A DNA stretch of 64,000 nt, taken from assembly GCA_964446235.1 (NCBI GenBank), contig CAYUNW010000001.1:37837-101836 (forward strand), read 5' to 3'. Under the pieces are notes generated by a model that saw only the letters and a program-made list of their open reading frames with translations, was not told the DNA's origin and searched no databases. Positions 1-8,423 of this stretch are shown here, piece after piece. Position 1 is the first letter of the stretch. Each line of letters begins with the position of its first letter. The position numbers and the translations under genes are program-made. The DNA is from an uncultured Gammaproteobacteria bacterium (lineage in GTDB: Bacteria > Patescibacteriota > Microgenomatia > 2-02-FULL-39-11).

Positions 1-124
1 AAAGACATATTTTATCTTTTTTTACCGATAAATCAAGCTACCAGACCAATAAATGCAATACTTTTATATATTTCTAACCCCTAGATTATTTACAGCAAAA
101 ATAATATAAATATATATGTAAATT

Positions 125-1078
125 ATGAAAAAATTGAAAAACCATCCAGAATACCAATACCTTAATCTTTTAGAAGATATTCTCGAAAACGGTTCATGGA
201 AAGTCAGCCATTCTACCGGGGTAAAGCTTAAAAGCGTCTTTGGACGACAAGTCCGCTTTGATCTTTCACAAGGATATCCTCTGCTTACTACCAAAAAAGT
301 CTTTGTCAGGGGAATATTCCATGAGTTAATCTGGTTTTTGTCCGGAAGTTCCAATATAAAATACCTTGTCGATAACAATGTCCATATCTGGGACGACTGG
401 GCATATAAAACATACCAGGAGGAGATGAAAAAAGGAAAAGTACCAAAAATGGAAATGTCGGAATTTATAGAAAAAATCAAAAATGATGAAAAGTATGCCA
501 AAAAATGGGGAGAACTGGGACCTGTTTACGGAGTCCAATGGCGCAGATGGCCAACCGGAGACGGTAGAGAGATCGACCAGCTTGGTTGGGCGATAGAAAA
601 GATTAAAAAATTCCCGCAAAAAAAACATTATGTAATATCTGCCTGGAATGCTGGTTGTATTTATGAAATGGCACCGGAAAGAAAGGCTTCAATGATTATC
701 GCACCATGTCACACTATGTACCATATAAACATCACTGGAGATAAACTATCCCTACTTTTATACCAAAGAAGTGCTGATTCTTTCTTGGGTGTTCCCTTTA
801 ACATCGCAAGTTATGCCCTGTTAACTCTGATGATTGCTCAAGTTACTGGTTATAAACCCGGGGAATTCGTCCATACATTTGGCGATATTCATATATATGA
901 AAACCATTTCGATCAGGTCAAAGCACAGTTGAAACGTAAACCAAATCCTCTTCCTAAAATCAAATTAAATCCGAAAATTAAAAAAATTGATGATTTCAAA
1001 TTCGAAGATATCACGCTTGAAAACTACAATCCCCATCCTCCGATAAAAGGTGAAATCACTGTTGTCGGAGGGTTTTAA
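125..1078 (+). CDS. thyA: thymidylate synthase
   Basis: PLLTTKKV, ELIWFLSG, LGPVYGVQWR, catalytic PCH, LYQRSADSFLGVPFNIASY, GDIHIYENH motifs. Confidence 0.97.
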   Translation: MKKLKNHPEYQYLNLLEDILENGSWKVSHSTGVKLKSVFGRQVRFDLSQGYPLLTTKKVFVRGIFHELIWFLSGSSNIKYLVDNNVHIWDDWAYKTYQEEMKKGKVPKMEMSEFIEKIKNDEKYAKKWGELGPVYGVQWRRWPTGDGREIDQLGWAIEKIKKFPQKKHYVISAWNAGCIYEMAPERKASMIIAPCHTMYHINITGDKLSLLLYQRSADSFLGVPFNIASYALLTLMIAQVTGYKPGEFVHTFGDIHIYENHFDQVKAQLKRKPNPLPKIKLNPKIKKIDDFKFEDITLENYNPHPPIKGEITVVGGF

Positions 1079-1084
1079 TATAAA

Positions 1085-1576
1085 ATGGATATAACTCCAA
1101 ATATAAGTATTATCGCGGCTATAGATAGTAAAGGTGGAATAGGCAAAAACAACAAATTACTTTGGTATATTCCCCAGGACTTAGCTAGATTTAAAAAATT
1201 AACCCAAAATCATCCGGTAATCATGGGTAGGAAAACCTATGAATCATTACCTGTAAAACCTCTACCCAAAAGAACAAATATAATTATTACCTCAAATCAT
1301 CAATTTAATGCTCCAGACTGTACCGTCTGTACGAGTATCGAAGAAGCCTTGGAAAAAGCAAAAGAAATCGATAACCAGGAAATTTTCATTATTGGAGGTG
1401 CACAAATCTATGCCCAAAGTATCAAATTTGCTACCAAATTATATCTGACTTTAGTGGATGGTGATTTCCAAGCGGATACATTTTTTCCTGAATACAGCCA
1501 ATTCACCAAAATAATATCAGAACAAAAAAACCGATCCGAAGGCTTATCGTATACATTTATCGAACTTACTAGATAG
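1085..1576 (+). CDS. folA: dihydrofolate reductase
   Basis: IGKNNKLLW, D27-equivalent (QDLARFK), VIMGRKTYESL, PLPKRTNI, IIGGAQIY, ADTFFP; directly after thyA. Confidence 0.96.
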   Translation: MDITPNISIIAAIDSKGGIGKNNKLLWYIPQDLARFKKLTQNHPVIMGRKTYESLPVKPLPKRTNIIITSNHQFNAPDCTVCTSIEEALEKAKEIDNQEIFIIGGAQIYAQSIKFATKLYLTLVDGDFQADTFFPEYSQFTKIISEQKNRSEGLSYTFIELTR

Positions 1577-2827
1577 TCAATATCCGTATAAATCCTCTAT
1601 CTCTTTCACCCCTCCAAAAGCTACCCTATCTATAATCACATCTTTCATCCCCATCATCCTGGCAGGTGTCATCGTGTATTCACCATACCTATCGTTTATA
1701 TCATCTTGCGCCTGAGCTATTTTTTTTCTCAAAGTATAAACCGATTCGAATATTTCCATCTGTTCCGGTTTGAAATTTTCCAGACGAAAACAACTGACTG
1801 ACAGATGCGTAATAATTTTGACACTGGGTTGTTGATTGAAAATCCAAACTGCTTTCAGATATAAATCCTGGGTAGCATAAAGAGGAATCTGAAAAGTCCT
1901 ACCATGATGCCAATGAGTACCGTCTTTATAAAGACAAGATACATGAATTCCGTAAGCATGGAAATTGTTCCTTCTCAGTCTTCTACCCATTTTTTCACAT
2001 AATTTCAAAAGCATCCTGATGAGTTTATCTCTATCAGACGTTGGTCTTTCTAAGGCATACGACTGACCGTAACTTTTGCGCGTAAACTCAACATCATCCA
2101 TCTCCCACCCTCTCAAACGCAGATACCAATGGTAACCGACTATACTTCTAAATACCTGACACTTCAATAAATCGCTTGAAGCGTGCAAAAAATCAAGCGG
2201 AGTGAAAATACCGTAAGTATTAAGCCTGGCTTCAAACCTGGTATTGATACCGCAAAGATCAACTAAACGGCATTTACTGTAAATATGGTTTAAGTTGCAA
2301 TGGGTAATCATCAGTAAACCGTCAGGTTTATAAAAAGAAGCAGCAAGTTTTGCCAAAAATCTGTTAACAGCAATACCGATACTAGCACTAATCCATTCCC
2401 CGATTTCCTTTTTCATCCGTAATTTAATCTCCCGTCCTACTTCAATAAGCTTTTTCTTACTTAAGGAAAGTTTAGAAAAATCTATCACCGCTTCATCTAT
2501 GGATTTAGGATAAACATCTGGAGAATATTCCCTGAAAAGTTTAGCGAATTTAGTATGGATATCACGGTATTTGGGCGGATCTGGAGACCTGATAATAATA
2601 TCCCTACAGATAAGCTTGGCTTGCCTGACCTGCATACCTACTTTAATTCCCAGTCTTTTAGCTTCAATTGAAGGGGAAATCACACAACCATTGGAAGTAG
2701 TATAAGCAGACACAGCTATAGGTTTACCACGAAGCAAAGGATTAGCCTGCTGTTCGGCTGTAGCAAAACAGGAATTAAGATCTATATGCATCACTGCCGG
2801 ATCATTACGGTTAAGAAGCAAATCCAT
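1577..2827 (-). CDS. Y-family (DinB/UmuC/PolY2-like) translesion DNA polymerase
   Basis: HIDLNSCFA, SIEAKRLGIKVGM, SIDEA catalytic motifs; C-terminal QMEIF clamp-like motif and AQDDINDRYG RecA-NT-like motif; start moved to ATG 2827, which has a GGAGG upstream. Confidence 0.9.
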   Translation of the reverse strand: MDLLLNRNDPAVMHIDLNSCFATAEQQANPLLRGKPIAVSAYTTSNGCVISPSIEAKRLGIKVGMQVRQAKLICRDIIIRSPDPPKYRDIHTKFAKLFREYSPDVYPKSIDEAVIDFSKLSLSKKKLIEVGREIKLRMKKEIGEWISASIGIAVNRFLAKLAASFYKPDGLLMITHCNLNHIYSKCRLVDLCGINTRFEARLNTYGIFTPLDFLHASSDLLKCQVFRSIVGYHWYLRLRGWEMDDVEFTRKSYGQSYALERPTSDRDKLIRMLLKLCEKMGRRLRRNNFHAYGIHVSCLYKDGTHWHHGRTFQIPLYATQDLYLKAVWIFNQQPSVKIITHLSVSCFRLENFKPEQMEIFESVYTLRKKIAQAQDDINDRYGEYTMTPARMMGMKDVIIDRVAFGGVKEIEDLYGY

Positions 2828-3071
2828 CGGAAATTTCCTCCAAAGTCCAATATAGGCTTTCCGTATCAAATCTCAAACGAAAAGCGGTTGACTTGTTGGC
2901 AACCGAAAAAATATGGATAAGCTTGCGTCCTTCCCTGATACGGTGATGATAACCGACTTTCTCAATATCATAAACCTTTCCCTGCCATTTAAGCTTTTTG
3001 GGCATGAATAGCTTTTTGGCATAATCAAAGACAGCCACAATACTGACCTTTTCATTAATAATTTCCTGCAT
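2811..3071 (-). CDS. small beta-rich protein (DUF6504-like) coupled to the Y-family polymerase
   Basis: 86 aa, P-x-x-x-x-W-x-G-x-x-Y-x-I pattern and C-terminal L-x-F-D...W-x-L; 9 bp after the LexA-like gene and overlapping the polymerase start. Confidence 0.7.
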   Translation of the reverse strand: MQEIINEKVSIVAVFDYAKKLFMPKKLKWQGKVYDIEKVGYHHRIREGRKLIHIFSVANKSTAFRLRFDTESLYWTLEEISDGFAS

Positions 3072-3080
3072 AAATATAAT

Positions 3081-3653
3081 TTAATGATATTTACGGATGA
3101 CAGAAACGACAGTACCAAAAATCACCAGACTATTTTGGGGGTAAATAACAGGATATTTCTTGTTAGCCGGTTTCAAATAAGCCTTATCTTTCTTTTTCTT
3201 AAAAGTTTTTAAGGTAAAATTATCATCTACACAGGCTACCACTATATCATTTTCCAAAGGTGTTTTATCTTTTTCTACCACTACCAAATCTCCTTCGTTG
3301 ATACCTGCTTCCTGCATGGAATCGCCTGATACCCTCAAAACATAAGATTTTTCCGGATTTGCTACCAGATAGTCATCAAACGACATTGTTTCTAGAAGCT
3401 GCTCTTGCGCCGCAATCGGACTACCGGCAGGAATCAAACCTAAAACCGGCAACGCAGGAAAAAACTTTTTAGGAGAAAGCTTTCCGTTGTAATCTTTTGC
3501 TAAAAAGCCTTCTTTAACCAGCTTCTCGACTAAACTGAAACTGGCTTTTTTGGAAGAAAAACCAAAAATAACATTCATCTCGCTATATGATGGTAACCTT
3601 TTGTTTTTACGGAAAAATTTTCGTAATCGCTTCAAAGCTTCTAAACTTTCCAT
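3081..3653 (-). CDS. lexA: LexA-like repressor (wHTH + S24 autopeptidase)
   Basis: N-terminal PSYSEM wHTH, Ala-Gly cleavage site (IPAGSP), catalytic Ser (VSGDSM) and Lys (FTLK); start probably ATG 3653 (ORF track gives 3659). Confidence 0.85.
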   Translation of the reverse strand: MESLEALKRLRKFFRKNKRLPSYSEMNVIFGFSSKKASFSLVEKLVKEGFLAKDYNGKLSPKKFFPALPVLGLIPAGSPIAAQEQLLETMSFDDYLVANPEKSYVLRVSGDSMQEAGINEGDLVVVEKDKTPLENDIVVACVDDNFTLKTFKKKKDKAYLKPANKKYPVIYPQNSLVIFGTVVSVIRKYH

Positions 3654-3659
3654 AAACAT

Positions 3660-3688
3660 ATGATAGTAAACGTTCGTTTACTTGTCAA
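3660..3688 (-). promoter_or_regulatory. sigma70 promoter of the lexA-like operon (TTGACA-17-TATCAT) with palindromic operator AGTAAAC-GTTC-GTTTACT at 3665-3682
   Basis: Perfect 7-bp inverted repeat filling the -35/-10 spacer; directly visible. Confidence 0.8.
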
Positions 3689-3697
3689 GCGTTTTAA

Positions 3698-3706
3698 TGT
3701 TATAAT
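3698..3706 (+). promoter_or_regulatory. extended -10 (TGtTATAAT) for the SRAP gene, probably leaderless
   Basis: TATAAT at 3701-3706, 6 nt before ATG 3713, no SD. Confidence 0.6.
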
Positions 3707-3712
3707 TGCATC

Positions 3713-4399
3713 ATGTGCGGAAGATATGCGTTTAGTGCAGGTGATGAAATTTATCAAAGATTTGAAGTTAAAAACAAACTCGAGATATTACCTGTCAAAT
3801 ATAACGCTGCTCCAGGGCAAAATCTACCGGTAATCACCAAAAACAGTCCTAATCATGTATCTTTAATGAAATGGGGGTTGACAGTCAATTGGGATAATCA
3901 TGAAATTAGAAATAGAATTATAAACGCAAGAGCAGAATCATTGAACACCAAACAAATATTTAAAAATTTATTAAAATCCAACCGTTGTCTCATTCCGGCT
4001 AACGGCTTTTATGAATGGAAAAACCAGGCTGGGATAAAAACACCTTATTTTTTCAAAATGAAAAACAATTCGATATTTGCCTTTGCAGGACTATATGAAC
4101 AAAATCTAGATGATAAAGAAGACGACCATAAATATTTCTTAATTATCACAACACAACCAAACAAATTAGTTGAAAAAATCCACAATCGCATGCCGGCAAT
4201 ACTCGAAAAAAGTGAAGAAAATATCTGGCTTAACCAATCTATAGGAACAGATGAACTTTTGCGTCTTATCAAACCCTTCAATACCGATTTAATGACGACA
4301 TATCCAGTATCAAAAATGGTAAATAAATTGGAAAATGACAATGAAAATTTGATAAAAAAATCAAAAAATACGGAGTTTGATCAACAAACTTTTTTCTAA
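3713..4399 (+). CDS. SOS response-associated peptidase (SRAP/YedK/HMCES family) abasic-site crosslinking protein
   Basis: N-terminal MCGRY (Cys2), INARAE, RCLIPANGFYEW, IHNRMPAIL. Confidence 0.95.
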   Translation: MCGRYAFSAGDEIYQRFEVKNKLEILPVKYNAAPGQNLPVITKNSPNHVSLMKWGLTVNWDNHEIRNRIINARAESLNTKQIFKNLLKSNRCLIPANGFYEWKNQAGIKTPYFFKMKNNSIFAFAGLYEQNLDDKEDDHKYFLIITTQPNKLVEKIHNRMPAILEKSEENIWLNQSIGTDELLRLIKPFNTDLMTTYPVSKMVNKLENDNENLIKKSKNTEFDQQTFF

Positions 4400-4402
4400 T
4401 TA

Positions 4403-4939
4403 CTATAAAGCATTCAAATTTTTATATAAAGTTTTTTTATCCCAAAGCATAATACCTTTTTTCTTTGCCTGTTCAATAGCTTCATCTGAAAATTTACCGC
4501 TTGAGATCACCATACCTTCACTACATTTATAAAATTCTTTTGCTTTAATTGCAGAGTCGATCTCACTAACCTCTACGATAGATATCTTACTTAATAACCT
4601 AACAGCAGTCTTTTTACCTTGTTTTTCCACTATCAGATCAGCACCATAAAAACTGTTTAATAATCCAACAGGCTGGACAAGATAACCTAATTTTTGAAAT
4701 ACAGTTATCAATAATTTTAGATAGTCTTCTCTTTTTAGATTATCAAGCTGATCAGGCATTTGTTTAAATCTTATAAATTCTCTAATCAACTTTGTAGTCA
4801 CAAATAAAATCATTAAAGAGAATAAAATAAAAATCCAATATTTTTGTAAAAAAAGGATAAATTCTTTGGGAAGAAAAGTTCCTAATATCCTAGTAAATTG
4901 ATCTATAAAATTTGCTGATATAGAAGAGATTTTATCCAT
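4403..4939 (-). CDS. membrane-anchored Mrr-like (Mrr_cat) restriction endonuclease domain protein
   Basis: N-terminal TM helix; F-x-x-LGY-x-V, GADLIV, A-x-x-x-Y...GMVISSGKFSDEA...I-x-LWD pattern. Confidence 0.7.
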   Translation of the reverse strand: MDKISSISANFIDQFTRILGTFLPKEFILFLQKYWIFILFSLMILFVTTKLIREFIRFKQMPDQLDNLKREDYLKLLITVFQKLGYLVQPVGLLNSFYGADLIVEKQGKKTAVRLLSKISIVEVSEIDSAIKAKEFYKCSEGMVISSGKFSDEAIEQAKKKGIMLWDKKTLYKNLNAL

Positions 4940-5020
4940 ATATTTTCTTTTTATCTACCTATATGGATAAGTTTATCATATTTGTACTTAGGAAAAATAT
5001 TTGATTCGATTTAAATATTA

Positions 5021-5971
5021 TTACTTTCTAACCGGTTTTGTCTTTCTTTTAATTTTACAGGTGTTTTTACCAATAATCGCATAAAAAGCACACCATCCCC
5101 ATAATGATTCAAACAAAATGAATCCGGAAATTGCAAGTAAAAATATGTTCCAAAATTGAAATCCAATGATAAAAAAGATTACTCCAATTGCAAATCTTAT
5201 CAATCTGTCACTTCTACCAATATTATTTCGTAAATAAATTTTCAAATACCTATTACTATAATTGAAAATTAATCCGTAAATTGACTGCCAAATAGATACC
5301 ATGAAAAGTATTATTGAAATTATAATAACAATACCGTTTGAAGTTTTAAATAAGTCCAATGGATTTTCATATAAATAATCCAATTTTATTTTGGGTAATA
5401 GATACAAAACTTTGAGATTTTCTATTTGAAACATATGTTTTGATCCGATAACTAATAGATACTTCCCTTGATTACCCTGACTATAGAGCTCAATTTCATA
5501 ACGGCCTTGGGGTAATTTCATATTTATAACGGAATTGGGCAAAAAATAACTATTTGTCAATTTATCCAAAAATTTACGGTTGTTTTCAATGCTCTGTCTT
5601 TCTGAATATATTAAATAATCTGCATCAGTTAATTTCTTTTTAATTTCCATATAAAACCTGCCATAACGGTTGATTTTCTCAGGTGTAAAAAGCTCAAGTG
5701 ACAAATCAAAAGATTTATCCGTTGTAATAATGTATTTCTGAGATTCTCCTTTTAATTCCGAGTAATAAAATCTTTTAAGCTGAGGATTGTCTAATCGGAT
5801 AAGATTATTCTTTTGCGGATAATATATAGGATATGAAAAAAGATTAACCAATATCAGATAAATCAGGAGGTAAAAAACAAAAAAAGTTAACGGTATCCTA
5901 AATTTATTAAATTTATGCATTATTTTCATTTTAATGCCATAATTTTTTCTAGTAAAGGATGAAATAATCAT
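5021..5971 (-). CDS. membrane protein with C-terminal DUF2892/YgaP-like domain
   Basis: C-terminal NIGRSDRLIR...GWCAFYAIIGKNTC; N-terminal TM plus soluble domain; start uncertain. Confidence 0.65.
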   Translation of the reverse strand: MIISSFTRKNYGIKMKIMHKFNKFRIPLTFFVFYLLIYLILVNLFSYPIYYPQKNNLIRLDNPQLKRFYYSELKGESQKYIITTDKSFDLSLELFTPEKINRYGRFYMEIKKKLTDADYLIYSERQSIENNRKFLDKLTNSYFLPNSVINMKLPQGRYEIELYSQGNQGKYLLVIGSKHMFQIENLKVLYLLPKIKLDYLYENPLDLFKTSNGIVIIISIILFMVSIWQSIYGLIFNYSNRYLKIYLRNNIGRSDRLIRFAIGVIFFIIGFQFWNIFLLAISGFILFESLWGWCAFYAIIGKNTCKIKRKTKPVRK

Positions 5972-6028
5972 CTTTTAAATTGATTTTGATTATCATATAA
6001 TTGATTTCTATTAGAAAATTTTCTATCT

Positions 6029-6481
6029 ATGGATAATGATGCTACACAAAGCAATATAAATATTGAACTTCAGAATGATAATAGCATGGATAATGCTAGT
6101 GTGATTATAAACCTGCAATCACTTATAAAAAACCATATATCAAATATCGACCGGCTGAAAATTGAGGTGAAAAAAAAGAAAGAAATGCTGGATGATGTTT
6201 TTTTAAACAACCAAACCTACAAACTACATGATCAAAAAGTTAAGGAAGCCAATAAATTAAAACTTCAAACCAAAGCGGAAATACTAAAAAATTCAAGTGT
6301 TGCTGATTTGAATTCAAAAATTAAAGATATGAAAACTGACCTTAAAGAACTGGAAAGTGCATTATCCGAATACCTTGCAGAATACGCCCGACTTTCTGGA
6401 GTGAATGAAATTGAAGGTGAAGATGGTGAAGTAAGAGAAATTATCTATATTGCAAAATTAATAAAAAAACAAAAGAAATAA
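6029..6481 (+). CDS. hypothetical coiled-coil protein
   Basis: 150-aa ORF with heptad Lys/Glu/Leu pattern, fills the gap between convergent genes. Confidence 0.7.
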   Translation: MDNDATQSNINIELQNDNSMDNASVIINLQSLIKNHISNIDRLKIEVKKKKEMLDDVFLNNQTYKLHDQKVKEANKLKLQTKAEILKNSSVADLNSKIKDMKTDLKELESALSEYLAEYARLSGVNEIEGEDGEVREIIYIAKLIKKQKK

Positions 6482-6490
6482 CAAGTCTTG

Positions 6491-8419
6491 TCAGGAATTC
6501 TTGATGCCGTCCATAATATCATGGAACTTTGCATACGCTACACAAACAACTTGATCTGCGGCTCCATAATATAAAAATATTGTATCATCCATAATAACTA
6601 CCCCATCTGCAAATACCGTGCCCGGACGAAGTCCGGCGTGTTCGTATTCAACAAACGGTTCTAACACAGCATATGGCGTTCTTTTCAATACATGAGAAGG
6701 ATTATCAAGATCCAAAAGTACAGCCCCCATTCTGTATTTTTTTGATGTAATCGACATCGCATGATAAAAAAGCAACCAACCTTCAGTAGTCTTAATTGGA
6801 GGTGGACCGATACCAATCTTTTCACTGTCCCATTTATTGACTCTTGGTCCAAACAATATATCTCCTCTTAAAAATTGACCGTCAGAAAAAGTCAAATCAT
6901 CTACATAATCAATCCAGATAGACGCATATAACCTATGAAGAAAAACATATTTGCCGTTGACTTTTTCCGGAAATACACAAGCGTCCTTGTCATTCATTCC
7001 CGGAGGAGAAATTAATTTAGGCTTATCCCATTTCCATACTCTCTTCATAAAATCGGATACCAAAATCGATGAAAATCCTACCCTAGTCGGGTTTTTTGCA
7101 TCATACGCCGTATAACAAACATAATACCTATCACCTATTCTGGTAAACCGGGGATCTTCGCAGCCTGAAAATCCTCCACTGCTACTTATTTCAAACGGTT
7201 CCCTTGGAACATAAATAGGCTCAGACAACCTTTCGTCTATATGAAATCCGTCTTTACTTGTAGCATAACCCATGGTTGAAACATAATCTTCTCCTTGTGC
7301 ACGATAAATTATATGCACTTTACCGTTATCATAAAATGCAGCCGGATTTAATGTAAATTTTGACTCCCATGAATGTTCGGGAATAGGTTCTATAATCGGA
7401 TTTTCCGGATGTCTGATAAAAAGTCTTTTATCGAATGCTTTTTTAAGCCTGTATTTTCTTTCAGCCACCATCTCAGAAAGCAACTCATCCAATTCTACAG
7501 TAGCAAGACAAACAGTTGTATCAGCTGCTCCATAATAAATCCCAAGACTGTTATTGTGAATTAAAACACCGGTCGGAAATATGACATTGGATACCTGTCC
7601 GTTCAATTCATAGTCATATTCCGGTTTTAAAAGAGGTTTGGCTGTTCTACCGACAATTTTTTGCGGGTTGTTTTTATCTAGCAATACCGCCTCTATACCG
7701 AATGTTTTATGACTGGCTTTGTAATTTCTGATATAACAATATACCAATAACCAACCTTCTTCGGTTTCTACGGGTTGTGCGCCAACCTCGATATGGTCAT
7801 TTTTAGATCTTAATAAGGGTATTATTTGGTTATTGAGTTTTTTATACCAATTATCCCAATAATTTTTGTCCCATAAATCGCTGAGATTATCAAATGAAGC
7901 CAAAGCAATTTTTGCCGGAGGTAAGTCGGTATGAACCGTTAAAACAGCCAGATATTTACCGTTGATTTTTCTAGGAAACATCGCCATCGCTTTTGAGTTA
8001 AAAGTGGTTACCTGGTGTTTTTCGATAATATCATTCATATCTTTGGTTACAGCTACTGCAATTTTAATTCCGTTAGCATTGGGTGGAAATTCCGACAAAG
8101 CGGTATAAAATATGTAGTATTTACCTTCTATGAAATTAATCCGGGGATCCTCACAGCCGTATTTTTCCCAATCTTTTTCGGGAAATATCAAAAGATGTTT
8201 ATCATAAAAATCTATCCGATTATCACTTTTCGCTGCTCCAATTACTGATAAATTAAGATTGTAGGTACCGATTTGTTTTTTATCGGACATTGCCCGATAA
8301 ACCAAAAAATACTTTCCATCGTTTTCGATAATCGAACCGTTAAAAGCAGCCAATTTCTCCCAACTTCTTTCTCCTGGTTTAATTATCGGATTTCCTGGAT
8401 ATCTTCGGGCAGTAAGCAT
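6491..8419 (-). CDS. two-domain GH130-family glycoside phosphorylase/hydrolase
   Basis: Two repeats of NPII...FN/LNP...YRA...GCEDPR...Y-x-x-YTA...YYGAAD. Confidence 0.85.
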   Translation of the reverse strand: MLTARRYPGNPIIKPGERSWEKLAAFNGSIIENDGKYFLVYRAMSDKKQIGTYNLNLSVIGAAKSDNRIDFYDKHLLIFPEKDWEKYGCEDPRINFIEGKYYIFYTALSEFPPNANGIKIAVAVTKDMNDIIEKHQVTTFNSKAMAMFPRKINGKYLAVLTVHTDLPPAKIALASFDNLSDLWDKNYWDNWYKKLNNQIIPLLRSKNDHIEVGAQPVETEEGWLLVYCYIRNYKASHKTFGIEAVLLDKNNPQKIVGRTAKPLLKPEYDYELNGQVSNVIFPTGVLIHNNSLGIYYGAADTTVCLATVELDELLSEMVAERKYRLKKAFDKRLFIRHPENPIIEPIPEHSWESKFTLNPAAFYDNGKVHIIYRAQGEDYVSTMGYATSKDGFHIDERLSEPIYVPREPFEISSSGGFSGCEDPRFTRIGDRYYVCYTAYDAKNPTRVGFSSILVSDFMKRVWKWDKPKLISPPGMNDKDACVFPEKVNGKYVFLHRLYASIWIDYVDDLTFSDGQFLRGDILFGPRVNKWDSEKIGIGPPPIKTTEGWLLFYHAMSITSKKYRMGAVLLDLDNPSHVLKRTPYAVLEPFVEYEHAGLRPGTVFADGVVIMDDTIFLYYGAADQVVCVAYAKFHDIMDGIKNS

Positions 8420-8423
8420 AAAA

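Noticed and set aside
64-628. Antisense ORFs 64-501 and 326-628, and the many similar 60-130 aa shadow ORFs across the window
   Set aside because: They lie opposite or out of frame within well-supported genes and have no recognisable motifs.
125-1576. thyA-folA next to the mutagenesis cassette as one functional unit
   Set aside because: thyA-folA is a common housekeeping pair and is convergent with the polymerase; there is no evidence of co-regulation.
2873-3118. Alternative 81-aa minus-strand ORF
   Set aside because: It overlaps both lexA and the better-supported 2811-3071 ORF in another frame.
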